Of a stretch of 64,000 nucleotides of DNA, positions 37,901-50,600 are shown in pieces. The stretch spans positions 50,261,378 through 50,325,377 of the forward strand of contig NC_086382.1 of NCBI RefSeq assembly GCF_036588685.1, in the 5' to 3' direction. Positions within the stretch are counted from its first letter, which is position 1, and the number at the start of each line of letters is the position of its first letter. The notes under the pieces were generated by a model, which did no database searches, was not told the DNA's origin, and worked only from the letters and a program-made list of their open reading frames with translations. Source of the stretch: Mytilus trossulus. Lineage: Eukaryota. The translations under genes and the position numbers were made by a program.

Positions 37901-38287
37901 GTACGTGTAAATATCATTTGAAAAAAAATAACCATATTATTTACAAAACTAGTATATCAGTTATTGGCTATGCTTCTGGGAGAAACAAAACTTTTTATGC
38001 TACTATACATTTATATGCTTTTAGTAATACAAAGTTAAAACAGCCACCAGTAAATTTGACTAATTATTAGGGTTTAACTTGCTAAAATGAGTAGTCATTA
38101 TTGTGAAATGCATTCATTCTCATTTTTCTCAAAAAAATTATCATTGAATATATATATAACTCTTAGTGCTGGTACTACAACTATAATGAAGTTAAAATAT
38201 TGTTATCTTTCCATTATTTTCAATATGCCCTTTGACCTTACAATACAGTTTACAGAAACTTAAAATCACACAATATTATTTTTTTAG

Positions 38288-38474
38288 GCAGCCATGTTGA
38301 CATTTTATCCAGAATTTGAAGCAGCAGAAGACAACGAAACAGAGATAATACTTGTCCTCGACCTTTCAAATTCAATGAAGGGGAAAGCTTTGTTGGAAGC
38401 GAAGAAAATTTTACTGCTGACATTAAACCACTTGACAGCTCATAGTTTGTTTAACATTGTAGTTTTTGGCACAA
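38288..38474 (+). CDS. PARP4: PARP4-like exon 18 (vWA domain start: ILVLDLSNSMKGKALLEAKKILLLTLNHLTAHSLFNIVVFGT)
   Basis: Human counterpart is VIICLDCSSSMEGVTFLQAKQIALHALSLVGEKQKVNIIQFGTG. MIDAS-like DxSxS motif. Confidence 0.75.
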
Positions 38475-38579
38475 GTAAGTTCTGAACCATATATTTTATG
38501 CTGTATTTACAGGCTTAGTTAACTGAAAGAAACCTCACTAGCTTGAAGTTAAACCTTTGCTCAAAGACAAATCCCTCTA

Positions 38580-39110
38580 TTGGTTATGCGCATATACCAG
38601 CGCAACAGTACTATGCCGTCAGTGTTTTATGACGTCGTGGTTTCCGCGAACTCGAAACGTTAATGAGAGTTATTCCTCTTTGAGCCGATGGAGAGAGTGA
38701 CAAACGTTTTGATAAGTAGATTTTCCGAGAAGAAAATGAAAATTGTTTTTATATAATAGACATGTTCCAGAATTTGATTTATAGATTAATTATGTGAATT
38801 AAGTGTATCTGAAACAAACAACAAAACAGCAAATGATAAAATATATGAATAAAAAGAGAGGTAACTATACAGCAAACTAACAACTGTCAAGAAATGAAAC
38901 AAAAATCTAGATACTCGATAACAAGATGGAGGAGGATATGACCTTTATCGGGACTATGGGATCGGGTGTTTTAAGCTCGGGATTTTGGGATCCGGGAATC
39001 CTTTTTAACTTTACTTTGTTTAAACTCGGGACCTCGGGATTTCGTTTTTTTAAGTCCGGGATTTCAGGATTGGCCAATCATATTATAATATAAAACTAAT
39101 TTCCATAATT
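38580..39110. other. CpG-containing island-like block with periodic CGGGAT(T/C)T repeats and a CCAAT box, inside an intron
   Basis: tcgggactatgggatcgggtg...ctcgggattttgggatccgggaat...ctcgggacctcgggatttcg...gtccgggatttcaggattggccaatca. Confidence 0.35.
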
Positions 39111-39589
39111 TCCTACGTGAATGGATTGATCTGTTCTATAGAGACAATCTCTTCGGTAGCCTAGGTTTTAAATTGTATTTATATTTCCACAAATCATTAA
39201 GAAAGTACGAAAATCATCAATCATGTCATCAAAATTCAATGTATCTATAGAATTAGAAACCTTACGTACCTATATGGCAAATTTCACATACGTCATTTTG
39301 AATGTGTAAGGCGATAACATTTTTACACGAATATAATATTCAGATTTCTGATAAGCACCAACAAATCAGTTACCCAATGACGCATACGTGTAAAATAAAA
39401 GAAAAGTTAACATTTACGCTTCTAACATTGTAGGTTTTTGTATTTGACCACTCCTGAGTATGATCCGATTTGCCGAATTTTAAATTTATGTACTAGGTGC
39501 GCAATTGTTTTTTAAAAAAACAACATAATCCTGCCTGTGTTTAAAAGTTGTCTGAATGAAGAATTAAAGAGAAATGCATATGAAACAAG

Positions 39590-40015
39590 AATGTGTCCAA
39601 AGTACATGGATGCCCAACTCACACTATCATTTTCCATGTTCAATAGACAGTGATATTGGGTAAAATAATCTAATTTGGTATTAAAATTAGAAAGATCATG
39701 TCATAAGCAACATGTTTACTAAGTTTCAAGTTGATTGGACTTCAGCTTCATAAAAAAACTACCTTGACCAAAAACTTTAACCTGAAACTTGCACTTTCAT
39801 TTTCAATGTTCAGTGGACCTTGAAATTGGGGTCAAAAGTCAAATTTGGTCTTAAAATTAGAAAGATCATATCATAAGCAACAAGAACTTCAAAAACTACC
39901 TTGACTAAAAACTTAAACCTGAAGCGGGACAGACTGACGGAAGGAGGAACGGACGCACAGACCAGAAAACATAATGCCCCTCTAATAGTCTATCGTAGGT
40001 GGGGCATAAAAAAAG
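39590..40015 (-). repeat. repeat family B copy, inverted orientation
   Basis: Positions 39960-40010 (cataatgcccctctaatagtctatcgtaggtggggcataaa) are the reverse complement of the 21935 terminus, and the ccactgaacatagaaaatgatagtg block appears in reverse complement. Confidence 0.6.
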
Positions 40016-41085
40016 CAATATTTGTTTTGAGAAAAAAAGTCAGACTAGGTTCCATTCATTATCATGATATGACAACTGTATGAGTATACTTAGACTGAGT
40101 TTCTAGCAACATGACGGAATATTTTGATATGAAAGATGTCTATGGATGAATGATCAAAACAGTAGTATGTTAAATAGACCCCGTTAACACTTGCACTAAA
40201 TTGAATCGATCTTTTAAGAGCATCTCTCATTTACTATTTTTTTAGAATTTGTGATTTTAAATTAAGTATACATTGCAATCCTAAAATAATCAGTCATTTC
40301 GTTAAAAAAAACCTCGTAGTAAATAGAATAACGGGAAGGAAATATTTGGTTCATTAGATGTGTTTCTGCATTTATTAATTATCTTTTTTTATTAATATGT
40401 CATAAGTCCTTTTAAAAACAAAGAAATTCCAGAATAATTTTACTTATAACTGTCATTTTGTTTGAAGATGAGGAATTTACAGAAAATAATATAAAAAAAT
40501 AATAATGAATAAATACAATTGAAAAGATAGTTTTTAAAATGTGCACCGATTAACACACGTATATTTAGCGAATACGGAACGAATAAGTAACGGTATCAGT
40601 CGAGCACTGAAACGGGTCCTGTCCAAGGTCAGGAGCTTGTAATTAAGTAGTTGTCGTTTGTTTAAGTATTACATGTTTGTTTTTCATGTATTTATTTTTT
40701 GTTCATAAATTAAGCCTTTATTTTCTCGTTTTTCATTTGTCATTTCTGGACCTTTTATAGGTTTATATGAGATTTGCTCATTGTAGAAGGCCGTACGATG
40801 ACCTTTTATAAATAGTTCCTGTGTCAATTGGTCTCTTGTGGAAATTTGTATTATTTGATATCATATCTTTATCTTTCAGGAAAATGACAAAAAAAACTAC
40901 GTATACATTTTTTTTTAATCTTCATGTTCTCTCAAAATCATTTGAGTATACGGATGAAACTTTGAAATCAGTTACTTATAAGAATATATTAAACTGACCA
41001 TGCGCAGTTTTATTTTCATATCTACATAAAACATTTTGAATTGTAGATCGATTTATCTAAGCGTTTAAACTTAAAAAAAGATCAG

Positions 41086-41252
41086 GTTGCGTTCAATATC
41101 GTAGCGGCTACATAGGGCTACGTAGATTTATGACTATTGAACATGTAGCTAGTCTAGCTGCTACATTATTGATTGCAGCTAGCCTAGCTACTCGTTCATA
41201 AGATCAAAATCTATGTAGAACTACGTAGCCTTTACGATATTGAATGCAACCC
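41086..41252. repeat. long imperfect palindrome of about 167 bp (hairpin / MITE)
   Basis: ggttgcgttcaatatcgtagcggctacatagggctacgtag ... ctacgtagcctttacgatattgaatgcaacc. Confidence 0.6.
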
Positions 41253-42667
41253 GGTCCATAAAAAAATCAATCTTTTTAAAACTACATTTGGAAGTGGTAT
41301 TTTTAAGTCCGATCTTTCTGAGTCATATTTGCAATATCGGCTCCTCGATCTTTATTGTTAGGGGTCTTAGATTTCTCTTGATTTTAAGTTATTATCATCA
41401 AAATAAAAAGGAACAACATTCTTAACCTCGAAATTAGAATTCATGATATCGAAAGCAAAGGTCTGTCCTGTCTTTTAGATATACTTTGACTGAACTATGA
41501 AATAATATAACAAATGTATTCACTATTTTAAGAAGAATTTCTGTTCAACACATAAACACTATAAATAAGTTGAATAGAAATGTTGTTCATAGAAGCATAA
41601 TCCATTCGCGTGTACATTTGTTCAACGCATTGTTATTCCAACCACCGCATTTATATTACGTGTCTGTGAAACTGACTGAAAACTAAGTACTATCACGTGT
41701 AAATTAATATGCATTAATAGTAGTTGAAAACAAACAAACAACATAACAGCAAATAACGAGAACTGCGTTGTCCGTAATTTGTATAGGAATAACGCCCAAA
41801 ACCGGCGGAACGGCTTTCGACGTTATGTTAGAATTTGCGCAATGTATTCCCGCCATTTTAAATTGTTAAGCCTTTTATAGAAATATCTCTTTTTCCATTC
41901 CGGTGACCCCATCGTTTTATTTCATGATTTTATCTAGAAATAAACAATGCATATTCTGTTGAATACTCATCGAGAAATTATTGGTCAATTTTTTTAAAAC
42001 ATCATTCTTTTATAGTTATTTCACAATAAATAAAGGCGGGAAAATTATTATAGCAACTTATCGCTATTATTTTCCCCTCAGAAATTGGTAATATTATTAA
42101 AATAGTTTGTATTAACAACTTGGTTAACAGAACAAACAAGTTTTATGGGAAACTAACTTTTAAAAAAAATATTGCACTGCTATTGACTAGAGGTCTCGAT
42201 TATCAAATTCCATGAAAAAGACGGCGTTCTAAATCGAAAACGAGGTCAGTGACCCCATTTTTTTATCTGCTTATTTTGAAGCTTTTACCTAACCTAAAGT
42301 AAATATAAAATATAAAGAAGATATTATTGGTTGATCTGAATAGAAGGATTTGTCTTTAATAATTCAGAACAATAAACATATGTTTATGTTTTGAAAATTT
42401 AACTGTAAAAGCAAGTATTATAGGATATAAATAGTATACTGTTTCATTAATTATATCAAATTACTGAATAGGATAAAACTTTAATCATGCCAAGTATTTC
42501 TTTATTTGAAACAAAGATAAATTCTGCACAATTTTTTGGGAAAGTGCAAATTTAACAAAGACTAATGGGGGAAAATCAATGGTAGTATTGCACATGAATC
42601 AGTATCTGACAGTATTTTGTTGTCATGCATTTGCTATCTCATATGACATTACTTTTGTATTACCTAG

Positions 42668-42741
42668 GTTATAAAGAATTATTCCCAACCAGCCAAATCA
42701 AATCAAAAAGTACTCTGAAGGTTGCAGAACAGTTTGTTCAG
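42668..42741 (+). CDS. PARP4: PARP4-like exon 19
   Basis: (S)YKELFPTSQIKSKSTLKVAEQFVQ. Human counterpart is GYKELFSYPKHITSNTMAAEFIMS. Phase 1 in, phase 0 out. Confidence 0.7.
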
Positions 42742-42990
42742 GTATTGCACTTTACTAGCTGTTAGTTTTTATATTCTTCACATTTATTGTTCACAATTGT
42801 TGAATTAATTTATAAAGTATTGTATAATAATATAATAAGTTGATTTGAGAGCAAAATTATAATTTCTTGATGAAAAATAAAAGTAAACAGTCATGTCTTT
42901 TGATTTGTATAATATTCTACATAAAATTATGAATGATTTCAGGAAGTCTTGATGAGATATCATAATTGAATATCTATTATACTTTTACAG

Positions 42991-43178
42991 GGAATACATG
43001 CTAGTATGGGTAGCACAGAGGTATATCGTCCCCTCCACAGTTTCTTCCTCCTAAAACCGGAGAACTCCTTGAGAAATGTCTTTATATTATCTGACGGCCA
43101 TATTAACAATGAGGAGACAACTCTTAAAGCTGTTCATGACAACTGTCAGCACACTAGGATCTTTACATTCGGTGTCAG
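42991..43178 (+). CDS. PARP4: PARP4-like exon 20 (vWA: ...LRNVFILSDGHINNEETTLKAVHDNCQHTRIFTFGV)
   Basis: Human counterpart is SRNILLVSDGHLQDESLTLQLVKRSRPHTRLFACGIG. Confidence 0.8.
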
Positions 43179-43354
43179 GTAAGCAAATGTTAAAATTTTG
43201 GTTGGTGTATTTGTCAATTTATTCAAATATTACAAGACAGAGTAATTTTTATTTTTAAAATATTCAGGATGGAACCATTAATTTGACATGGCTATGAACA
43301 CTGCTCTGAAGCAGACCTTACACATTATTTTGTCTTTTTTCCAGCTGGTGTCTA

Positions 43355-43680
43355 GTTTTTATTTAAGAATTGAATGCTTCTTTTTGTAAATTTATTGGGG
43401 TGTAAAAGCGTTGAACGAATTACATTTTGTATGAAGCGCGGAAGCGCTTCATTCTAAAAATGTATGCACGCATTGCACGGTCAACGCTTTTACAACCCTA
43501 TAAAGTTAAATTTTTAAATTCACCTGTGCACTTTATTATGGGACCTTGTGTCACCATGAATGAAATGTTATTGTCTCATGCAACTGCTTACGAAATAACA
43601 TGTGATGTGCAATTAGCCAATCAGAATAACGTATTATAATGAAACATACATCTAATGTAATTATTCTATCTTATTAATAC
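43355..43680 (+). mobile_element. MITE family C copy
   Basis: tattgaatgcttctttttgtaaatttattggggtgtaaaagcgttgaacg...gaagcgcttcattc...gtcaacgcttttacaaccc. Confidence 0.65.
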
Positions 43681-43978
43681 TGTATTGTTAGCAGAGAAGC
43701 AGCCAAATACAAAATTTAAAGTTTTTGTTTTGACTCTGATAACAAGCAAACCCATACCCTGCCACACACAATGTGAGTAAGATACCACATAAATACCATT
43801 GCAGTTGTGTTTTGTCGAGAGAAAAAACAACACTAGTATCTTGTACTGATATGCCACAAATAATAAAATAGATTGGAAGTACCTGTACTAATTTGATAAT
43901 TATTAAGGTATCAGGACAAAAGGTAGTGTGCTGTGTGAGTACTGATGTAAATGAAAACATGGTTTACTTATATTTCAG

Positions 43979-44078
43979 TTCTATTGCTAACAAACATGTA
44001 TTAAAGGCTATGTCCAGACTTGGAGCAGGTTCCTTTGAATATTTTGATTCTCATGCAAAATCAAAGTGGGAAAGTAAG
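43979..44078 (+). CDS. PARP4: PARP4-like exon 21
   Basis: (S)SIANKHVLKAMSRLGAGSFEYFDSHAKSKWESK. Human counterpart is STANRHVLRILSQCGAGVFEYFNAKSKHSWRKQ. Confidence 0.8.
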
Positions 44079-44352
44079 GTAAGATGTGATATACAGATAG
44101 ATGCATATTTTTTTTTAAAGTTTATAGGAATAAGTTACAATAAGCAAAGAACAGCATTACTTTATATATTTGTAAGTACATGTTTTTGTAATTTTATATT
44201 ATATTGTTGTTTCAGTAAGGTTTCTTTGTGACTGTTTTTATTTCATGATAGCATATATATGTTATGGTAAATTCTATGTTTCACTATTATTTTTCTTAGT
44301 TCAGATAGGAGGAAGTGTGTTGCTGATACAGTAAATGTTTTGAAAATTTTAA

Positions 44353-46457
44353 TGCCCGTGTCACACTGTCCCGATTTTTATATACGATGGACACCCGAAT
44401 GTGAAAATTGTAAGCTCGTACGAAGTTAGTCCCGATCTCGTTAAAATACCAAAAAGTGACCGAAGCAAGAACGATGAAGAACGAAGTCTATACGATGGTG
44501 CCGAAATTATATACGATAGCAAAAGATGGACATACGAAGGTTAACCGAAGACGGTTATTTAAGCTTCATATCTCAGCCGAAGCCTACAAGTTGGATCACG
44601 AAGGCTACACGATGGATTACGTAGGCTACACGATGGATTACGATGATGGCGCGATGGCCATACGATGTCTAAAATGTGTTCTACCTGTTATGAACTTTTT
44701 ATGATACGAACAGAATAACGACAACATATCGTTTCTGTACAAGTCCGCCATGCATGGCGGGAAATCGATCTTTTTATCTTATTCTTATGAAAGTTAGTTT
44801 ATTATCCCCCTCGCCTACTTCATGTAAGTTGCGTGTAGATAAAATGTTATGGACACTCTAGAACCAAAACGTCAAAACTTGGTATGGTGTTACTCGTTAA
44901 GAATATCTTAAGCGCTTTTGACTTTAAAGTTCAAAGGTCAAGGTCACAGTGGCAGTTGTAATACAAGGCAATATCACCCTTGTGGACACTCTAAAACCAA
45001 TATGCTTCAAAAGATTTTAACCACATTTGGTATATTGTTCCTCCTTGTATTAAATGATCTGACATTTTTTACGTTCAATGCCAAAGGTGAAGGTCATGCA
45101 GATGGACTTGTTTTTTCTCCTTGAAATAACATAATACACAGGAAATTGGTTGCTCAATTTTTTACCTGCTGGTTCTAAAGACACTATTTAGATATTTCCA
45201 GTTACATTGTACTCAATGTTTTGGTTGATTTCTAAAAAAATAGTTTATGTATCAAATATGCATATTCAATTTACCATTTTCTGCATGTGTCATATACACA
45301 TATAGTGTCCATATTTGTCCCCAATATGTTACATACGAGGGGATGCCACGCTCGGCATTGTCTTGTTTTAACTGTAAAATGTGTAGACTAGTCTGAATAA
45401 TCACCCATAATTAAGCCCATGTTTACTGATCTATCTTAAAGTTAAGGTAATGGGTTCGGTGATCCCTTTTATTCTAAAAGAGCTCTTTCCAGGAGAATAT
45501 CATAATAACATAGACAAAATAAAGGATGTGGGGAAAGCAACAAATGCGGCAAAATATGACATATAGAAAACAAGATGGTTATGGAGTAAACATTCGTGTG
45601 ACAACAACTCAGACGATACATAAAAAAATCAGAATAATGAAGAAAAAGTTGGTTTCCCTATATACGTGTACCTTCAGTGTTGGTGTACGAGGCGCGTTTA
45701 TGATTTTCATTATGTTACTTGATATATTTATATGAAAAATTTACAAAAAATAATATTTGACTTGTAAAGGTAAATCCTTAGCCTGTAATAGCTGCTCTTC
45801 TTGTTCCATTTGAATTAATAGAAACAACGCTGTCGCCTTTCTTGATCTCATAGAATCATATGATAGGAGCTCCATGTTGTGTGAACGTCTTTCTTAACTG
45901 TTGTATTAGACTGACCAGTGCATATCGCGCATGGCACTTTTAATGTATTTTAGCGCTAAAATTAACTTAGATTTTGCTAGATTTATTGCCGTCGTAGATT
46001 CATCTTGTCGCCTTCGTACATTTATTCGATGGCAACACGACGGTATTACGAGGTATTCACGTAGTCGTGTTGCCATCATACGACCTTCGGGTAGCTTCGT
46101 GATTCATTCGTGTAGACATCGTAATGTCAAAACTGCCCGATGGAAACGATGGAAACACGAATGCAATACGATGTTCAAAGATGCATTCCCGGTGACATTA
46201 CGATGGGAAGGATGGTGATACGAACTCAATACGAACCCTCAACATCGGACGCACCTTCGGGGATTTTTTAACATGTTAAAAAATTTAGAACCCTTCCCGA
46301 AGTTGTCCCCGAAGGCTAGAAAAAGTGGCCGATGGTTCTACGAAGGTTAAAGATGGCACTACGAATAGCCCGATATGGATACGATCAGTCCCGATTTTGA
46401 AAATTTCCATAATCGTGTTGCCATCGGCATAAAAATTGGGACAGTGTGACGCGGGCA
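44353..46457. mobile_element. non-autonomous DNA transposon of about 2.1 kb with about 27-bp TIRs and flanking TAA direct repeats (PIF/Harbinger-like)
   Basis: TGCCCGTGTCACACTGTCCCGATTTT at 44353 and its reverse complement at 46431-46457. TAA at 44350-44352 and again at 46458-46460. No long intact ORF inside; the internal ORFs of 68-95 aa are low complexity. Confidence 0.55.
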
Positions 46458-46566
46458 TAACAAATAACATTTTACTGCTTAATATATATGTGATGTCATT
46501 GTACATCTTTAAACGTTATGTTGATCATTTGATATATCACGGGGCTAATTAATTCTTTGTTTACAG

Positions 46567-46731
46567 GTGAAATCCCAAATTCAGAAGACCTCTCAACCAG
46601 TGCTGACCTCTGTATCAGTTGCTTGGCAACAGTTTGATAATCCTCCTCCAGTTCAAGCGCCACAACAAATCACAGCTCTGTTTAATGGCTCCAGACTTGT
46701 GGTATATGGATTTGTTAGCAATTGTAAAATG
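46567..46731 (+). CDS. PARP4: PARP4-like exon 22
   Basis: VKSQIQKTSQPVLTSVSVAWQQFDNPPPVQAPQQITALFNGSRLVVYGFVSNCKM. Human counterpart is SVSVKWQQLNPDVPEALQAPAQVPSLFLNDRLLVYGFIPHC. Confidence 0.8.
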
Positions 46732-46999
46732 GTAATTGATTATGTAGGACAATTGTTGATTAGGCAAAGTGGAATTTCTCATCTTCAAGGAAATTGACAA
46801 TTGTACAATTTATTTTGAAGTATAAAAACGATAAATAACTGATAAAAAAATAAATCAGTATTTTAGGACCTGATTTATTGTCCTCTCAGTAACTTATGTG
46901 GTAAACCTCACCAGATTGTTAAGCCATTTTGAGAGTTTTAAATGTCATTGTATTTAAATGAATTGAAATTTATATAGATAACCAAGAATTCAATAGATA

Positions 47000-47253
47000 T
47001 AAGAAGATGTGATATGAGTGCCAATGAGACAACTCTCCATCAAAGTCACAATTTGTAGAGTTAACCAATATAGGGCAAAGTACAGCCTACAACACTTACC
47101 TTGGCTCACACCAAACAACAAGCTGTAAAGGGCTCCAAAAATGGCTAGTGTAAAACCATTCAAACAGGAAAACCACAAGTTTAATCTATATAAAAATCAA
47201 GAAATGAGAAACATTCATAAACCACATCAACAAACAACAATCACTAATCATCA
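47000..47253 (+). mobile_element. SINE family A copy
   Basis: aagaagatgtgatatgagtgccaatgagacaactctccatc. Confidence 0.6.
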
Positions 47254-47413
47254 GGTTTCTGGCTAAGGAAATTTTTGCAAACAAATGCAACAGCTTTAAA
47301 TTTTAAATAGGAGCCAACCTTCCCCTTAACCTGAAACAATAGTGTTACATCCCAACATATAAAGTCACACTATACAATATCAATTGAAATGGCTTTAATT
47401 TTGTATATTATAG

Positions 47414-47494
47414 GCTACATTGAAGGCAGAAATAGGTGGGCAACAAATATCAACAGTAGTATATACATCAGAATTAAGTTTGACGAAAGGAAAG
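47414..47494 (+). CDS. PARP4: PARP4-like exon 23
   Basis: ATLKAEIGGQQISTVVYTSELSLTKGK. Human counterpart is ATLCALIQEKEFRTMVSTTELQKTTGT. Confidence 0.65.
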
Positions 47495-48504
47495 GTAAAA
47501 ATTAAATAACAATTTTGAAATTTACAAGGTGCTACATATGTGTTTTACAATAGTAGGTATGAGAGCAGAGTTATCATCCTTTGCTTTTCTTTTTCTACAA
47601 ATATAGTCTCTAGTGTGGACAGTGTATAACTTGCAATGTTTTTTTAGACTTTTTATAATTTAGATAAATTATTTACATTGTTATAAATCAAATATGAGTA
47701 TATGAGTCAAATGTAGGAACATGAATTTAACAGCTAGTGCCCCTTCAATTCTTGAATACTATATTCATATGTATATTGGTAGATATAGTTATACTTAAAT
47801 GACCAGATAATGTTAAAATAAGTTCTGAAGAAAATTTAAAAGCGTAATTTCAAAAGTGTTAAAAGCAATGTTTCTGATACAAATCACTATATTAAGGGGG
47901 CTTGCGGGTCTAAATCATTTTTTTTTTTTATTTAATATAAGTTTTCAATAATTTTTTCTATAAATGAACTTTATCTTATATCTAAGAGAAAAATAAAATA
48001 AAAAAGAGGGGTCACCGATCATTTACGCTCACAAAATGCCTTCGAAAGAAGCATACATTTTTGTAAAGGTACTTTTTTTTTTGTTGAACTAATAAGAGAA
48101 AAAGAGGTAATATCAAAATAAAAAAAACATCCTAATTACAGAAATCGCTTAAATTTTACAATTATTTAGTTTATGTATAGCTTATTTGAAAACAATAATA
48201 ATAAATATAGGTCACTGATGAGCAAAAAAAAATATTTTAGTTTTAATGCCAAAATATAGCATTATTCACCAAAGGGAGATAATTTGGAGCTTTTTCAATA
48301 ATACAAACATTTTAAAAGTCATCTGGGGCCAAACAGAATCGATTTTTTGGGTAAATTTTTGTATCCTATCATAAAGTAGTAACTAATAGTGTAATGAATA
48401 GAATTTGTTATGAAAAAACAAATGTTAAATTTTTTGCCGAAATTTTTGTACCCGCGAGCCTCCTTAAATCATCAAATATGAAAGTGTACCTTTAACATTG
48501 ACAG

Positions 48505-48585
48505 GTTCTTCACTGCTTGACTGCTAAAGCTGTGATCAGAGACTGGGAAGATGGAGTACTCTCCCCTGACAGTATTGACCATCAG
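48505..48585 (+). CDS. PARP4: PARP4-like exon 24
   Basis: VLHCLTAKAVIRDWEDGVLSPDSIDHQ. Human counterpart is IHKLAARALIRDYEDGILHENETSHE. Confidence 0.7.
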
Positions 48586-48725
48586 GTAAATATATACTTT
48601 ATAATAGAGACTGGAAAGATGGAGTACTCTCCCCTGATAGTATTGACCATCAGGTAAATATATACTTTATAATAGAGACTGGGAAGATGCAGTACTCTCC
48701 CCTGATAGTATTGACCATTATGTAT
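48586..48725 (+). repeat. PARP4: two extra tandem copies (69 bp each) of [first 24 nt of intron + last 45 nt of exon 24]
   Basis: gtaaatatatactttataatagag + ACTGG.AAGATG.AGTACTCTCCCCTGA.AGTATTGACCAT repeated. The copies carry a synonymous GAC-to-GAT change. Confidence 0.75.
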
Positions 48726-49215
48726 GCTTTATAATAGAGCTGACCCTACATGCAATAGATATTATCACTTCTAACTTTCATCACACTTAGTAAAATGATA
48801 AATACAGGGTATCTTAGATAAAAGTATTAAAAAGGGTACAGATTTGACATACAAAAAATTCTGAGAAACTTCATGACTGATCTTAGTGCAAAAACATCAT
48901 GGCTAAACGTGATGTCATACAAATGAAAACTTACAAAATGAAGGTTATTATGTTACCTCTACGATTCAAATTTAATTTGAATAAAATTACATTGAAACAA
49001 AGAAATCGAGGTAGGTGTTGTTTTACTTTCGATAATTTTGTAGTAATAGAACATTTGTTGATCAAATCAAATAAAAAAACTTAGTTACGCCTGGTCAACT
49101 GTGGATTTGACGGTAAACTGTTAGCCAATGAAAAAAATCATTACATACTTATCGCATTAGAAATGTACTTCATCTGGACTATTTCTTCAACTTGCATTCA
49201 ATTTCTATATTTTAG

Positions 49216-49317
49216 TTAAAGAAGATGAATATGAAAGACTATATAATAGAACTGAGTAAGAAATATTCCATTGTTACACAGCTGACAAGTTTTATTGCTG
49301 TAGAGAAAAGAGAAAAG
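49216..49317 (+). CDS. PARP4: PARP4-like exon 25
   Basis: LKKMNMKDYIIELSKKYSIVTQLTSFIAVEKREK. Human counterpart is LKSLIIKLSKENSLITQFTSFVAVEKRDE. Confidence 0.75.
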
Positions 49318-50149
49318 GTAATACTGAAATTTTGTGTATAAAAAAAACAGACAAAATTTTTCCGTAGTCATCTCAAAGTCTTGTTGCTGATTGCTTGAAT
49401 TACCTATTTATGAATCTCCCAGTAAAATAACATATCTTACACAAAAGTGATAGACCACATAAAACATGTTATTCTATTTACAAATATGCACACTGTTTAA
49501 AAAAAATATACCTAATACTTTTGTTCTTTTATTAATGTTAAGGTGAACTTAGGTGAAAATAAAAAAAATCAAGAATTAAAAATTGATACTTTAAGTCAAA
49601 TGAGTCTACCTTAAGAAACAAAATCAGCTTAAAATATTGATAGGTTAAGGAGATCCTTTTCAAGATATTTGATTTATAAAAAATGGGGTAAATGGTTACC
49701 TTATATTTGCATTGGTATTAGTTGGGTTTCAAATCAAAAGAAAAGAAATCAAGAATTTGCTAAAACTTTGGTAAATCATGGCTTTCATGAGCTATAAAGT
49801 CCTATATGAAAAGAAAAATGGGCGTAATGGGGCAAAATATGTTACCCTGCATATTAAAAAACAAGGAACATCTGACATCTTTTCCTAAACTGCACCCAAG
49901 TACATCCTTAATGTAAAATTAAAATAAAACTTGATGAAATGTTATGTTCAGGCCTGTAGCCAGGAATTTCCAAAGATGGTGTTATTTTGACTCACTAACT
50001 CGACTTTAACAGTCACAATTCAAACAGAACGTTGACTTTAACAGTGCTTATTTGTTTTCAAGGGGGTAGGTTGTACGAACCTATGAACCCCCTGGCTATG
50101 GGTATGATGTTAACATCTTTATATTGTGGATCATTAACTGATTATGATT

Positions 50150-50600
50150 AATTTTTATGCCCCACCTACGATAGTAGAGGGGCATTATGTTTTCTGGTCT
50201 GTGCCTCCGTTCGTTTGTTATCTGTCCAATCACTTTTGGTCAAGGTAGTTTTTGAAGAAGTTGAAGTCCAATCAACTTGAAACTTAGTACACATGTTCCC
50301 CATGATATGATCTTTCTAATTTTAATGCCAAATTATAGCTTTGACCCCAATTTTATGGTCCACTGAACATAGACAATGATAGTGCGAAGTTCAGGTTAAA
50401 GTTTTTGGTCAAGGTAGTTTTTGATGATGTTAAGGTTACATCAACTTGAAACTTGAAACTCAGTACACATGTTCCCTATGATATGGTCTTTCTAATTTTA
50501 ATTCCAAATTAGTTTTGACCCCAATTACACGGTCCACTGAACATAGAAAATGATAGTGCAAGTGGGTGATCCGTGTACTATGGACACATTCATGTTTTAG
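50150..50600 (+). repeat. repeat family B copy
   Basis: tttatgccccacctacgatagtagaggggcattatgttttctggtctgtgcctccgttcg ... gtccactgaacatagaaaatgatagtgcaagtgggtgatccgtgtactatggacacattc. Confidence 0.65.

Noticed and set aside
40610-40830. A possible additional minus-orientation family A SINE copy.
   Set aside because: It shares only about 20 bp (agtagttgtcgtttgttta) with the 16865 copy. That is too divergent to call.
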